Part shown: positions 38,350 through 52,631 of the stretch, piece after piece
How the letters are laid out: the number at the start of each line of letters is the position of its first letter
Position numbering within the stretch: the first letter of the stretch is position 1
Assembly: GCF_006345805.1 (NCBI RefSeq)
Contig: NC_043001.1
Coordinates: 117,180,001-117,244,000 of the forward strand
DNA length: 64,000 nt
Origin: Octopus sinensis
Taxonomy: Eukaryota
Reading direction: 5' to 3'
Translations under genes and position numbers: made by a program
Notes under the pieces: generated by a model
Databases searched by the model: none
What the model was told of the DNA's origin: nothing
What the model saw: only the letters and a program-made list of their open reading frames with translations

Positions 38350-40450
38350 AACAGGGTATTTCGTTTCAGTGAAGCAATATGCCAAAATACTAGTTTTGCA
38401 AAAATACTTGTATGCCGAAATATTATATTATATGATTTTTAATATTATCAAAATGCGAGATTTGTGTTCTTTCAATCTTACCAAAATCATTTTCTTTGGT
38501 TTTAATAATTTTCAAAATACAAATCGGCGAGCTGGCAGAATCGTTAGCACACCGGACAAATTGCTTAACAGCATTTCGTCTTTCTTTACGTTCTGAGTTT
38601 CAATGCCACCGTAGTCGACTTTACCTTTTCATCCTTTCGGGGTCAATAAAGTAAGCACCACTTGAGTTCTGAGGTTGATGTAATTGACTTATCCATCCTC
38701 TGAAATTGCTGGCCTTGTACCAAAATTTGAAACCAATATTACCAGAATACTATTTTTGTATGGTTTCAATATACCAAAACGGTAATTTTCTGTGATTTCA
38801 ATGTTAATAAAATACAAAATTTGAATACTTTAATATTACCCCCAAACTAGGCTTGTGTAGTTTCAATATTCCCTAAATACTACTTCGTATGATTTTTAAT
38901 ATTAGCAAAATACTAGTTTTGTGTTCTTACAGTATTGTCAAAATTCATGTTTTGTGCAATTTCAATATGCCAAATCATTTGTTTTGTGTAGTCTCGACAT
39001 TGCTAAAACACTAGCCTCAAATGTGTGGTTTCAATAGTATCAAAATACTAGCAGTGTGTGGTTGCACTATTACCAAAATACTACCAAAAGGGCGGCGAGA
39101 TGGCAGAATCATTTGCACGCCGGGCGAAATGCTTAGCGGTAGTTCGTCTGCCGTTACGTTCTGAGTTCAAATTCCGCTAAGGTCGACTTTGCCTTTCATC
39201 CTATCGAGGTCGATTAAATAAGTACCAGTTACGCACTGGGGTCGATGTAATCGACTTAATCCGTTTGTCTGTCCTTGTTCGTCCTCTCTATGTTTATCCC
39301 CCTGTAGGCAATAAAGAAATAAATATTGCTAAAATGACAACTCTGTGTAGATTCAGTATTGCCAAAATACTTGTTTTGTGTCGTTTCCATACACCAAAAT
39401 ACTGATTTTTGTGTACTCTCAATATTATCAAATCAGACTGGGTTCAAATTCCGCCGAGGTCGACTTTGCTTTTGATCCTTTCGGGGTCGGTAAATTAAGT
39501 ACTAGATGCGTACTGGGGTCGATCTAATCGATTAGGTCCCTCTCCAAAAATTTTGAGCCTTATGCCTTGAGTAGAAAAACATATTTACAAAAAGAGAGAA
39601 GGCAGCGAGCCGGCAGAATCGTTACCACACCAGGAAAAATGCTTAGCAGCATTTCTTCCGACTTTACATTTTGAGTTTAAATACTGCTGAGGTCGACTTT
39701 GCTTTTCATTCTTTTGGGGTCGATAAAGTAAGTACTAGTTGAACACTGGCGTAAATATAATTGACTTACCCCACACTCGAAATTGCTGGCCTTGTGTCAA
39801 AATTTGAAACCAATATTGCCAAAATATATTTAATATATTTATGTAGTTTCAATAAACCAAAATATTAATTTTGTATAGTTTCAATAAAAAAAATAATAAA
39901 GACCCCCCCCCATTTCGATTATGGATGACCATGAGATTGCACCTAGAAAGCTCCCCTCCAAGGCACAAGTCCGGGTAAGGTTTGTGGAAGACCAGCAGTC
40001 ACCCATGCAAACCAGCCGCCAATGTTTTCCAAGGCCAAGGTAAAGGCCGATACAGTTTGGCACCTGTGACGTCGCAACTCAATTTTACAGCTGAGTGATC
40101 TGGAACAAAGTGAAATAAAGTGTCTTGCTCAAGAACACAACACACAGCCCGGTCCGGGAATCGAACTCACTACCTTACAACTGTGAGCCTGACGCTCTAA
40201 CCACGGAGCCATGCGTCTTCGCATTGTCCAAAATACTAGTTATGTATGATTTTCAAAATGCTAATTTTGTGCTTTCTATAAAGGCAAAATACTAACTTTG
40301 TAACGTTTCAATATACCAAAATACTAATTTCTATGTGGTTTCAATATTTCCAAAATATTAGTTTTGTGTGGTTTCAATATTGTAAAGTTACGGGTTTCTG
40401 CTGTAAAGCTACGATTGGCTTCAGTATTCCAAAATACTGTTTGAATTGTC
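38350..40450. repeat. Degenerate minisatellite (TTTCAATATTGCCAAAATACTAGTTTTGTG-like) with five SINE insertions
   Basis: Motif recurs more than 15 times; family B copies near 38525, 39090, 39440 and 39600, and another SINE on the minus strand at about 39905-40225. Confidence 0.75.
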
Positions 40451-40608
40451 GCATTCCAAAGAAGTGAGTCCGTTACCTTAGTGCAATCACATGGACGCAG
40501 GAGAATGGCCAGTTTGGTACTCGTCATTGTTTTACTACAGGATATTGCTTAACGAGTTTCCTTTTGCCTCACTTTTTCTCATTTTTATTTATGTAGTGTA
40601 CGTAGGTT

Positions 40609-40900
40609 GGAGGCGCAATGGCCCAGTGGTTAGGGCAGCGGACTCGCGGTCGGAGGATCGCATTTTCGATTCCCAGTCCGGGCGTTGTGTGTGTTTATTG
40701 AGCGAAAACACCTAAAAGCTCCACGAGGCTCCGGTAGGGGGTGGTGGCGACCCCTGTTGTACTCTTTCGCCCCAACTTTCTCTTACTCTCTCTTCCTGTT
40801 TCTTGAGTAACGCTGCGATGGACTGGCATCCCGTCCAGCTGGGGGGAACACATACCCCACAGAAACCGGGCCCATGAGCCCGGCTGGGCTTGAAAAGGGC
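40609..40900 (+). mobile_element. tRNA-derived SINE, family D
   Basis: GGAGGCGCAATGGCCCAGTGGTTAG head shared with 49583; its tail resembles family C. Confidence 0.8.
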
Positions 40901-41250
40901 GAAAGAGAAAGAGAAGTTTACGTAGGATCTTGTGTTAAAAGGAAAAAAAAACCCTTTCCTCCCACCACCTAAAAATAAACAATAACAACACACCACGGCC
41001 ACCACCACAAGCAGAAATAAAGACAACAAAGAACAGACACACACACACAAAGAAAACAAAAAAACCCCAAAACCATGGAACATTCCGAATGGAATTTCAA
41101 CGTTTAATCGTCTTTTGCTTATAGTGAGTCGGAGAACGGTTTCCCTATCATAAGTAGGCTGGAGCCAAGATTAGTTTCCTCATAGTAATGTGACTATTGT
41201 TGTTGTTGCTATGGCTGTTGTTGTTGTTGTTGCTGTTGTTGTTGTTGTTG

Positions 41251-41320
41251 TTGCCATGGCTCTTATTGTTGTTGTTGCTGGGTCTGTTGTTGTTAACTCT
41301 ATTATTATTATTATTATTAC

Positions 41321-41363
<43 letters not shown>

Positions 41364-41460
41364 GTTGTTGTTGTTGTTGTTGTTGTTGTGTTGCCATGGC
41401 TCTTATTGTTGTTGTTGCTGGGTCTGTTGTTGTTAACTCTATTATTATTATTATTATTAC

Positions 41461-41503
<43 letters not shown>

Positions 41504-41540
41504 GTTGTTGTTGTTGTTGTTGTTGTTGTTATTGTTGTTG
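41251..41540. repeat. 140-bp tandem duplication inside (TTG)n/(TTA)n tracts
   Basis: TTGCCATGGCTCTTATTGTTGTTGTTGCTGGGTCTG... at both 41251 and 41391. Confidence 0.85.
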
Positions 41541-41956
41541 TTGCTGCTGCTGCTGTTGTTCTTGTTGTTACCTAGAGGTTTCCAAAACAGTCATCCATCT
41601 CAGTATTAGCCTGGCTTAACGCTGCTTAACTTCGCTGAATTAACGGCAAATGTTATTTTCTATTCCAGCTCGTATCCTTCCTCTCCTTCCGAAATCTTTC
41701 CAACAAAAGAATAAAACAAATATATACACACACAAAAAAAATATAAATAATAATTCTTCTTTACAGATAAAGTGAAGTGTCGTATGAAATAATTCCTCCT
41801 CTTCAGTGAGAGGGTTCAACGATGGCATCAACCCATCAGCTCATAGCGACATGGAAGCTGTATAGGTTCGACTTGGCTTTAGGTGATACGCATGTCAAAA
41901 GAGAATACTCAACTACGTACGATAGCTGTCATTCTATCTATCTATCTATCTATCTA

Positions 41957-42015
<59 letters not shown>

Positions 42016-42054
42016 ATATATATATATATATATATATGCATATACTCTTACACT

Positions 42055-42466
42055 CTTTTACTCTTTTACTTGTTTCAGTCATTTGACTGCGGCCATGCTG
42101 GAGCACCGACTTTAGTCGAGCAAATCGACCCCGGGACTTATTCTTTGGAAGCCTTTTACTTATCCTATCGGTCTCTTTTGCCGAACCGCTAAGTTACGGG
42201 GACGTAAACACAACAGCATAGGTTGTCAAGCGATGTTGGGGGGGGGGCAAACACAGACACACAAACACACACACACACATATATATATACATATATACAT
42301 ATACGACAGGCTTCTTTCAGTTTCCGTCTACCAAATCCACTCACAAGGCTTTGGTCGGCACGAGGCTACAGTAGAAGACACTTGCCAAAGGTGCCACGCA
42401 GTGGGACTGAACCCGGAACCGTGTGGTTGGTAAGCAAGCTACTTACCACACAGTCACTCCTGCGCC
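42055..42466 (-). mobile_element. SINE family A
   Basis: Full-length match. Confidence 0.85.
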
Positions 42467-42534
42467 TATATATAAATAGATATACACATACTGACACACG
42501 CACGCACGTACGAACACGCACACGTACTCAAACA

Positions 42535-42574
<40 letters not shown>

Positions 42575-43384
42575 ACACACACACACACTCTCACAGTATG
42601 ACGTACTAAATACTGTACACAATAAATATTTAATTTATTAAGATTTCGAAATTTCACGAAATCATGAATAAATTTCTCAAGTTACTTAGCATTGTAAGTG
42701 AAAGAGCAATTTGATGCTTGTTTACAGGTATATTACAATTATGGATATATCTCTTGGTCTATTCGACCTTGTCAGCAGGTTTTTACATACAGGAAACACT
42801 ACATTTATTTATTTATGAATCGATTTATTTATTTATTCATTGCGTAATTTATAATTCCAATAATTTTTAATTCGAATAATTAAAAATAAAAAGAGTTAGA
42901 CAAATGCGCCTTGGAGTTACTTCCCTCAGTTTATTTTATTTTTTATGTGGCCAATTTATCTTTGGTCAGAACAGCCGAAATTGCGAGGATGATCCGGTTC
43001 TTGACTGAAGATTAGAGGCTTCGAATGACCCGTCCGTTTTTTGTATCGTCTATTTGAATGTTTTGCGTTCTTGTCCCATTTTGCATTTTTATATATATTT
43101 TTTATACATATATTATTGCAGCGTACGTACACCTTGTTCTCTTATGTATGTATGCATAATACCTTGACATGGTTAAGAAGACTGAAACATATTCATAGTT
43201 ATCCTTTGCCTAAAAACAAACGTCTAAATTTAGTTGAGGTTATCTCGCTAAGTTCTTGTTTTCTGTCTCCGAATTAGAGCAAACTTTCAATTAAGTACGA
43301 ATTTAATGTGACGACATTCAGTTCATGATCATTTAATTTAATTACTCAATTTCACGACATTGGAACCTTGAGTTATTTCCCTTG

Positions 43385-43461
<77 letters not shown>

Positions 43462-44772
43462 TGTGTATATATATTTATGTACATATATCTGTGTGTATAC
43501 ATATATTTATAATTATATACGTACACACATGTACACTCACATATACGTAAATATATAAATATGTACACTTGTACGTATGTATGTATGTATGTATGTATGT
43601 ATGCGTGCATGCCTATGTGTGTGTTGGGGTGTGTGTGGGGGGACGTATGTAATTCTTTGTCTTTAACCCCGACTGCTTAGTGTTCACTTCCTGTCTTCGT
43701 CCTCTTCAGATTATTCTTCCATTTTTCACCATTCTACTTTTCTCTTTTCATCGTCTAATGTTTCCTCTATTTTATACCCACCTCCCACAAACATTTCATT
43801 CAAAACTCTGAAATTTTATCTGATCAAATTAAACATTTCTTTGAAACATATATTAAATAAATCTTTTCATCCGGTTTCTTTAAATTCAGATGATTTTATC
43901 GTCAGTAAATTTAGATTCAATTTCAATTGACACGTTTCATTCGATTGCCTAATTTTCTTTTTCCCATTCTGTTTTCTTTCTTTACATTTATTTTAAACTC
44001 TATCCTTCTTCAACAATTTTCTCAGAACTCATCTCTCCATCTCTCATTTTTGTTCTCATTCTCTCTATCTCTTTAAATCAAATAGAGACGAACGTACATA
44101 ATAAAATGCACAAAACCACATGGGTGAGTACCCATGCATACACAATATATATATACATAATACACACACTGTGGCACACACGTGCATAATACCAAGAAAT
44201 ACATTATCTCATTTTGAATCTAGTTTCTTGTCTTAGCTTTTTTTAATTCTCATACATTTTGCGTTTTTCTTTCTCTTTTTATCTCACTTATATATGTAGA
44301 TGCAGGCATAAACGTACACACAAAGACACGCGCACATTTCCCCCCTCTCTCTGTATCACATTAATCAAAACATTGTTATTTCTTCTTTTGAATCTCTCCA
44401 TTACGAAAGACTACCATCTGGAATGTATGTATGTATGTATTATGTATGTATGTATGTATGTACGTACGTACGTATGCATGTATGCATGTATGCATGTATG
44501 CATGTATGTATGTATCTATGTATCTATGTATGTAGGTATGTATGTATGTATGTAGGTATGTATGTATGTATGTAGGTATGTATGTATGCATGTATGCATG
44601 CATGCATGTATGTATGTATGTATGTATGTATTATGTATGAATGTGTATGTGTGTGTGTGTGTTTGTGTGTGCGTGTAATGTATATTTCTATGTATGTATG
44701 CATGTAGGTACGTATGCATGTATATATGTATTACGTACGTATTTATCTATACATACGTACGTACATACATAC

Positions 44773-44807
<35 letters not shown>

Positions 44808-44894
44808 TGTATGTATGTATGTATGTATGTATGTATGTATGTATGTATGTACGTACGTATGTATAGATAAATACGTACATACATACATACATGC

Positions 44895-45730
44895 CCAAGT
44901 CACCAACCTCGTTGGACTATACCTACTCCATCAGCTCCGAATACACTTCCTTAACATCAAGGGAGGTCTATACAGAGATGATAGTTTGCTAGTCACCAAT
45001 GGCATTAACAAGTCCTCTTTAGAATGAATTCGGAAAGATCTACACAAATTTTTCTCTAACCTCAACTTATCTATTACTTTTGAAAATTCCCAGAAATTCA
45101 CTAATTTTTAGACGTTACTTTAAACTTAGAAACCGCCCAATCCTCCCAATATCACAACCCTAACTAATACCTTAAGTATCTAAACATTAATTCCAATCAC
45201 CACAAAGCCACATTTGATAGTATAGTTAAAGGTATCTCCATTCGTATATCTGACCTCACACCCACTGAAGAAATATTCATCAACCACGCCCCATATTACA
45301 ACTCTGAAATTTTATCTGATCAAATTAAACATATTACAACCAGCGGCTTCTTCCAACAAATAATATACATCTATAATACTAGGCTCAAGCAACATATATC
45401 TCAAGTCATATCAAAACGACATGCTAACCATCATAATCACAACATACCACGCACCCACTATACTAAAACCCTGGGAGAACCCAGATCAAGACAGCTTAGA
45501 CCCACACGCACATATATAACACTAGGTCAAAAGCTAAAACAGCTTACAATAACGGGCTATATAACACGCTCTAATTTCTAAAAATATAAATTATACTACC
45601 GCTAAACAACAACAAAAAAGCGGTAGACGCTCCCTTTTCACTAAATGTTAGAACTTAGCCGAATCCTATTTTTAATATACTAGACTCAAGCTTCGCCCGT
45701 CAACATCTATCTTTAATAGATCTACCTTAA
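44895..45730 (+). mobile_element. Second PLE RT remnant (same clade, different family)
   Basis: QVTNLVGLYLL...GGLYRDD, FTNF/DVTLNL, YLNINSNH, APYYN, and linker PFSLNVRT...IFNRSTLK; stops and frameshifts. Confidence 0.8.
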
Positions 45731-47529
45731 AGTGTGTTCTTGGTCGCGTTAACAAAGGGATGTGGGTTCGAATCCCACTCGGATAGGAAAGCCTTCTTTT
45801 TCTGTCGAGGGCTTATATGCCCCTTTATTAGACTATTTTCTTTAACATTGCACGTTGATCGCCATAAGCTTTAAGCTTATATAAAAATACCATTACTAAT
45901 GTGTGTGTGTGTGTGTTCGGTAGAATGCCTTGATGCAGAACACAACCAGAAATTCTCTATTAAATCTCTGGGTCATAATTCCTTTCCTGTAGTATTTGCA
46001 TTGTGTTATAATCGTATGATCCAAACAGGGATAAGCTTGATTGGTATTAACACGAGTTGTATATAATTAGAATTAGTTAAGAATTAGATAAATTTCTTTA
46101 TGGTGATATTAAGTACGTTATAACATATCAAATTGTATTTATTTAATTACACACTGCGTTTAATTACACACTGCGTTTGGGTATTTGAAACTTACGGAAA
46201 TCTTTATCAAACCCTCACAAGTACCAGAAATCAAGATCATAACTAAGTATGAAACATCTTGCCCTTCCTTGTATTTGGTCCAAGTTTCTATTTGAAGAGT
46301 AGTCATTTGTAGCGATATTACATAAGATCACACAGTTCAGTTCAATAATTCTTTTAATATGTGGTATGCTCTGTATTTCTGTCAGGCATTATATTTTTCG
46401 CCAGTCGGTGAACACGTTCAAAATAGCCAGAAATAATATTTATAACTTCCCGCCATTCTTAGAAACAAGTCATTACATATCATATAGGTAAACCCTAGTT
46501 TATAAACCATTCGTAGTCTTAGTAAACTAACTATACATTAATTCTAGCTCATAATTCCCCGCAAAGAATGTGAGAACTAAGATGCACATTAAAATTACTA
46601 TCTACTTATATTTGCTGATAACCTTTTGGAGATGAAGAACATCTGTTGAAGAAATTTGAACCTTGTATTAATATCTGCTTTAGATTTATTTTCCATTATC
46701 GTTTTTGTTTGTTTTTACGAACATATCCTCCTAAACGTTTTAGGAATTTCTCTTCTGAAAAATAAATTACACTACAGATCAATGCTTCCAAAAGTGGGTA
46801 CTTCTACCATACATGATGGAGACGTTGTCAGTGTTATTTAGCCCCACATTAGCTCTAGTGAACCAGACCCATGATCAAAAGAATTCCAGTCGTGGCTATC
46901 CAGTTATCATTTTTGTCCCCGATATGGATGTATCATTAACTACTGTGGTTTTCCTTCATTAAGACAGTAGGTTGTGAGACGAAATCGCACGACAGCAGAG
47001 CAGCTCCTTCGGGTTGGGATGTTGGTGAAAATACTCTTCAGGGGCGGGGTGAGTTTCTTTCTGGCCTCTTTAAAGTTTTCTGTGTTGTCATCATTGTTTA
47101 GCTAAACTGTTGATCGATGGTTGGACTCCAGTGGGATCACAAACAACCAGTAAAAATTCTCATTTGCAGCTTCTCTGCAATTTTATAGAAATTCGTATTA
47201 TGTGTTGCCATTTGTTCTGATATTTTAAAAGATAAGACAGGACCCAAATTTAATTTGCTAATGCGTAAGTAGGAATTGAAAGGCAGCGATGAAATTTGCA
47301 GGATTTGAACTCAGAATATAAAGAAACGGAACAAATACCGCAAAGCATTTTACCGATGCTTTAACGAATCTGCCTATCCATCACCAATCTTTCTCTTTCG
47401 AAATTTTAATCAATTCGTATGCGCACGAGCTCATTTCCCCTTCACATCCAGACTCTGGTCCCGCATATATTTTCTGGAAAACACTTCTACATTATTCAAC
47501 AAATTCTATACTAATTATAACCCTCTCTA

Positions 47530-47973
47530 CTCTAGGCACACGGCCTGAAATTTTGGAGAGGGAAGATTGTCGATTATATCGACCTCAGTGCTCAACTGAT
47601 ACTTATTTCATCGACCCTGAAAGGATAAAAGGCAAAGTCGACCCCGATAGTATTTGAACTCCGTAAAGACGGACGAAATACCGCTAAGCATTTTGTCCGG
47701 CGCGGTAACGATTCTGCCAGCTCACTGCCTTTTTCCACACTAATTATAATGACCCAATGATCCTTTCTACTCTAGGCACAAGGCCTGAAATTTGGGGGGA
47801 GGGGGCCAGCCGATTAGATCGACCCCAGTGCGCAACTCGTATTTAATTTATCGACCCCGAAAGGATGAAATGCAAAGTCGACCTCGGAGGAATTTGAACT
47901 CAAAACGTAAAGTCAGACGAAATATCGCTAAGCATTTCGCTCGGCGTGTTAACGTTTCTGCCAACTCGCCGCC
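47530..47973 (-). mobile_element. Two adjacent SINE family B copies; the second has a 15-bp TSD
   Basis: TTATAATGACCCAAT at 47744-47758 and 47974-47988. Confidence 0.85.
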
Positions 47974-48701
47974 TTATAATGACCCAATAATGCTATCATT
48001 TAAACATGTGATGATTATGATACTGTTATAATATGAAAAGATATTCAAGTTAATGTTTATAATACAAAAGGATATCGAGGTTAATTATTATAATGTAAAA
48101 GAATACGAAGGTTTATCTTACATAGCTGTGTAGTTAAAGAATTCGTTTCACAATTACGCATCACGTTAGGGTATTTTCTTCCATAACTTCAGGCTGACTT
48201 TGTGAATAAAAGTTGGTAGATAATTACGACTACACTCTCCGTACAACAAACAATTCCTTGATAAGAACTAAAAAAGCCCCCATTCGTAGCTTTTAGATGA
48301 AGGGTTTACTAGGATTTCAAGTAAGTATATACTGGAGTAGAGACTCGGATTATTGAATCGATGGGCTGTCAGACAACTAATCAAGATATCGTGGTTCGCA
48401 TAACCACGATATCTACGTTGCGGTCAAGCTAAATGTCTCTCATATGTTCCAACTCTATCTATATAAACCTGACCACAAAAGACGAGCTTGTCCTGCTGTT
48501 AACAGTACTCAAATGATTCGATAGCTTTTGGTACGGTGTTGTATTTTGATCGCAGAAGATGAGGATTGGCATAATCTGATTTTACTATCATTTAAACCGG
48601 AGTTAGACATTGCCCTATGAAGCGAAGATCTTGAAATGCCAACCATGCATTTAAATGGATTTCTGTTACTTTCTCGAATCCCATAGCACTTTACGGCATC
48701 T

Positions 48702-49117
48702 CTTTTACTCTTTTACTCTTATTTGTTTCAGTCATTTCACTGCGGCCATGCTGGAGCACCGCCGTTAGTCGAGCAAATTGACCCCAGGACTTATTCTTTG
48801 TAAGCCTAGTACTTATTCTATCGGTCTCTTTTGCCGAACCGCTAAGTTACGGGGACGTAAACACACCAGCATCGGTTGTCAATCGATGTTGGGGGGACAA
48901 ACACAGACACACAAACATACACACACACACACACATATATATATACATATATACGGCGGGCTTCTTTCAGTTTCTGTCTACCAAATCTACTCACAAGGCT
49001 TTGGTCGGCCCGAAGCTATGGTAGAAGACACTTGCCCAAGGTGCCACGCAGTGGGACTTGAACCTAGAACTATGTGGTTGGTAAACAAGCTACTTACCAC
49101 ACAGCCACTCCTGCACC
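48702..49117 (-). mobile_element. SINE family A
   Basis: Full-length match. Confidence 0.85.
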
Positions 49118-49582
49118 TAGATGTTGATACTAATACAGTGTTAAAGGCAATACATTGGCTGAGACGTTAGAGCATCAAATAAAATGCTCCCTGTATTTGC
49201 TTAATGTTGTTTACGTTCTCCGTTTCTCAATGCAAACCCGACCAAGTCAACTTTGCCTTTTGTTTGTTTCTGGTGGTGGGAGTGCGTTGAAATAAATACG
49301 AGTCAAGTACAGAGGTCGATACAGTTGATTGCTCTTTTTCCCAAGTTTGATACCATATACATGTCTTTGTTAAAATCAATATTAAATAGAAGACTCGCAA
49401 CATGGATAATAGCGAAACCGGTAGGACGACGGACATATTACTTCTTCTTAGTTATTACCCTTCGCCGAATTGACTTCGAATTTGCTTTTCATTTCTGCAA
49501 GCATGTGCGTGCGTGTGTACTCGCGTGTGTGTGTGTGTGTGAGAAATTTAATTGCTTGTACCATTGTGTGTCTATGTTAGAA

Positions 49583-49969
49583 GGAGGCGCAATGGCCCAG
49601 TGGTTAGGGCAGTGGACTCGCGGTCATAGGATCGCGGTTTCGATTCCCAGACCGGGCGTTGTGAGTGTTTATTGAGCGAAAACACCTAAAGCTCCACGAG
49701 CCTCCGGCTGGGGATGGTGGTGATCCCTGCTGTACTCTTTCACCACAACTTTCTCTCAGTCTTACTTCCTGTTTCTGTTGTACCTTGTATTTCAAAGGGC
49801 CGGCCTTGTCACTCTCTGTGTCACGCTGAATATCCCCGAGAACTACGTTAAGGGTACACGTGTCTGTGGAGTGCTCAGCCACTTACACGTTAATTTCATG
49901 AGCAGGCTGTTCCGTTGATTCGGATCAACCGGAACCCTCGTCGTCGTAACCGACGGAGTGCTTCCATCA
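49583..49969 (+). mobile_element. SINE family D, full length with 12-bp TSD
   Basis: TCTATGTTAGAA at 49571-49582 and 49970-49981. Confidence 0.85.
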
Positions 49970-50899
49970 TCTATGTTAGAAGTGGATATAATAGTGTTTC
50001 CTTAAGCGTGCAGCAGTTTGTTTTATCTACCGAATCCATTTTGAAGCTTCTAGAATTAAGTAGCCAGACATTTTCTGGTCGCATCTCCTGTCAGAAGTTT
50101 TCTTCAAATTTTGCTGAAAATAATTTCACTTTTTTGAATGTATTTCTAGTCTCACAAATTACAATCCCAAATTCAGAAACCCTTGCTTGGCTGATTCGTG
50201 AAATAATGGAGAGATTTGATACAGAAAAAGTTACTTAGCGATGACAACGAAGACAGCCAAGAGTGTCGAATAATCAAGTGACTGAAGGGGTCAGTAGTTC
50301 CTATTTCGTCTCACGTCGCGTCCAAGGCCAATCAATGGCAAAGACACAAAAGTTTCCACCGTTCAGTCACCCACATCTAAATAGATCCTATATAGTGGCA
50401 TAATTCAGCGCAGACGGCGAATTGACAGAGTCATTGGAACGTCGGACTAAATACCCTGTGAATATTTGATCTGGTGATCTGCGTTCTGAGTTCAAATACT
50501 ACCAAGGCCAACTTTGTCTTTCATCTTTTCGGGACGAGTAAGTAAAATATCAGTCCATGGCTGTAGATTGGGGAGGGGGTAATTATTACAACGCGGCGTG
50601 GGACACTGTGAGATATCTATTCCGGTTATGTACGCTCGGAGTTCAAAATTCCACATAGAGAAACCATTATCGTGACTATTTTCGAGAGGAGCGATAGTCC
50701 CACACTCGGCGAAGGCACCGCACTCAAGTTTACTTTCTTCTTGAGTTAAGACAAGTCAAAGAGCACAGAGTACTCGATGCACAACGATGCATAATGATGA
50801 TGATGATGGTGAGGTAATGATGGCGATGATGATGATGATGATGAGCAATGCTGAATGCTTGTTGGCTTGCAACGAAAACCTAGGTTGGACTCTTCAGGT

Positions 50900-51230
50900 A
50901 GGATGGTTATTACTTCTTGTCTTGAGACAGCATTCACCCGGGATGGGTTGAGTTGGCTTCATTCATCCTCAATGCTGCATCTCTCACAAACGCCGACCAG
51001 ACCTGGTGATTTGAGGCTAACGACCGCGTGATCTCCAACCACTCCTTATTCCAGCGGCGAGCGCCGTAGATATGGGGGCCTAGGTTGGGTTCCAGATCAG
51101 CCTTGACTGTCATCAGCCAGGTTTTTCGTTGTCCACCACATCGCTTTCGCCAACCCTGAAGGGGAGCTGGGGCAATTGCTTCGAAGATGAATTCTCCATG
51201 GCCAGGAGAATTCAGCCATGGTCATTACAA
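50900..51230 (-). mobile_element. RTE-clade LINE 3' end
   Basis: Minus frame QGWRKRCGGQRKTWLMTVKADLEPNLGPHIYGARRWNKEW...WSAFVRDA...STHPG*. Confidence 0.75.
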
Positions 51231-52448
51231 TAGGCTACTGTCTTATTAAAAGGTGTTTTTTGTGTATTGTCTCCTTAACATTAGTGAAACCGGAAGGAAA
51301 TACTCACCCAGTGAATCACTGATGTTTGAGAAATGACAAATTTAAACTAAATATGGGAATTGCAAAGCGTCGATAGTGAGACACAAATTTCAAACCTTTA
51401 TCTGATAGTCATATGCTATCTCTTATCTCAATTTGTTGACTGCAGCATAAACTGAATCAGAGCTTAGAGAGATGGTAAGCTGAAAATAAATTTTAATTAC
51501 TTGAAATTACAATCATGATGAGATAAAAACGACTCATTAGCGTTAGTGAAAAATTAGTCCTCTGTAGAGATAAGAGACAAAACTCCTGACAATTCAATCG
51601 AAAATTATTTTTGATAGAGACATACATGGAGAGGGGGAGTGAGTCTGACCTTTGGCGGCCATAGTGGAAATTTTAGGCTTCAAATTTTAGGTTCCAAGCT
51701 TATTGAACCTCCTTAGCGAAGCGTAGTCCACTGCATCCACATCTCTAAATGACTTTCATCACAATCTCTGATATGTAAAATCACTCGCAAACCACTTTGC
51801 ATCCTATTGCATAATGTACACAATGTTTGAAAAAAAATGGATGGGCTGGTTACGTCACAGATCCTTTTAATCATAGGTAAGTTCAATGAAGGTTGAGATA
51901 GGATTAAAGATTGAGAACAATTATGATGCCAACATTAAAGAAATTTCGTCCCAAATCCGTGTTACTGACCTGTGTGGTACAACCAGGAAGACAAAGAACA
52001 AAATACATTATATTCATGTTGATATTGGCAATGACTTTTTATACTCAATTTAGTTCTGCAGTAAAATGATATTTACAAAGAACACTGGTAAATCATTGAG
52101 GTATAAGGTCATTAACTAAATAAATATTAAGTGTGTGTGTGTGTGTGTACTTCAGCTCGTATTATATTCTCGCCAACTTTAATTGCAGCGTCATATGTAA
52201 ATCGACCTTTCATATATATTTATATATATGAATGTAATATCCAGGGATCGAGGTGTAGGAAGAAAGTTAGCTTCAAGCAATCCGTAGTAAATATAAAAAA
52301 AAAACAACTTTCAAGGACAATAGTGGTTTATTGACACGGAAGGTTGTGGATTTTTTTATCGTGTCGAAGAATGATAAGCTGAAAAAATTCTTTTTGTATT
52401 CTACGATATGCAACCAGGGTGTGCAAATAAGAATACAAGAGTTACGGA

Positions 52449-52575
52449 ATGGAAATGGAACGATCCGGGCTACATATGTTTCATAGTGAGCGGAACCTCA
52501 GAAGTGGTAAAATCCAATTGTGGTGTATACCACCGGCAACACTTCAGGCAAAGAATATCTTGATTAGATTAAAGG
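52449..52575 (-). mobile_element. Single copy of the hammerhead-bearing unit seen at 1881-2142
   Basis: TACATATGTTTCATAGTGAGCGGAACCTCAGAAGTGGTAAAATCCAA; core decayed to CTGAAGT. Confidence 0.7.
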
Positions 52576-52631
52576 TTACATTGTCGCAAGGCGGTACATG
52601 TCGACGCAAGGAAGATTCAATTAGAATGATT

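Noticed and set aside
38350-40450. Repeat-spacer appearance reminiscent of a CRISPR array
   Set aside because: Units are degenerate and irregular, the inserts are SINEs, the context is eukaryotic and there are no cas genes.
42970-43040. CTGAAGA with nearby GCCGAAA (similar lone cores near 1575, 10872, 41800 and 47034)
   Set aside because: No correctly ordered stem II, GAAA and stem III.
45745-45785. tRNA-like T-arm GTGGGTTCGAATCCCACT
   Set aside because: No acceptor stem or D-arm; at most a tRNA or SINE-head fragment, not a tRNA gene.
46985-47130. Minus-strand LKSIFTNIPT resembling an RT motif
   Set aside because: Single short motif without neighbouring RT motifs.
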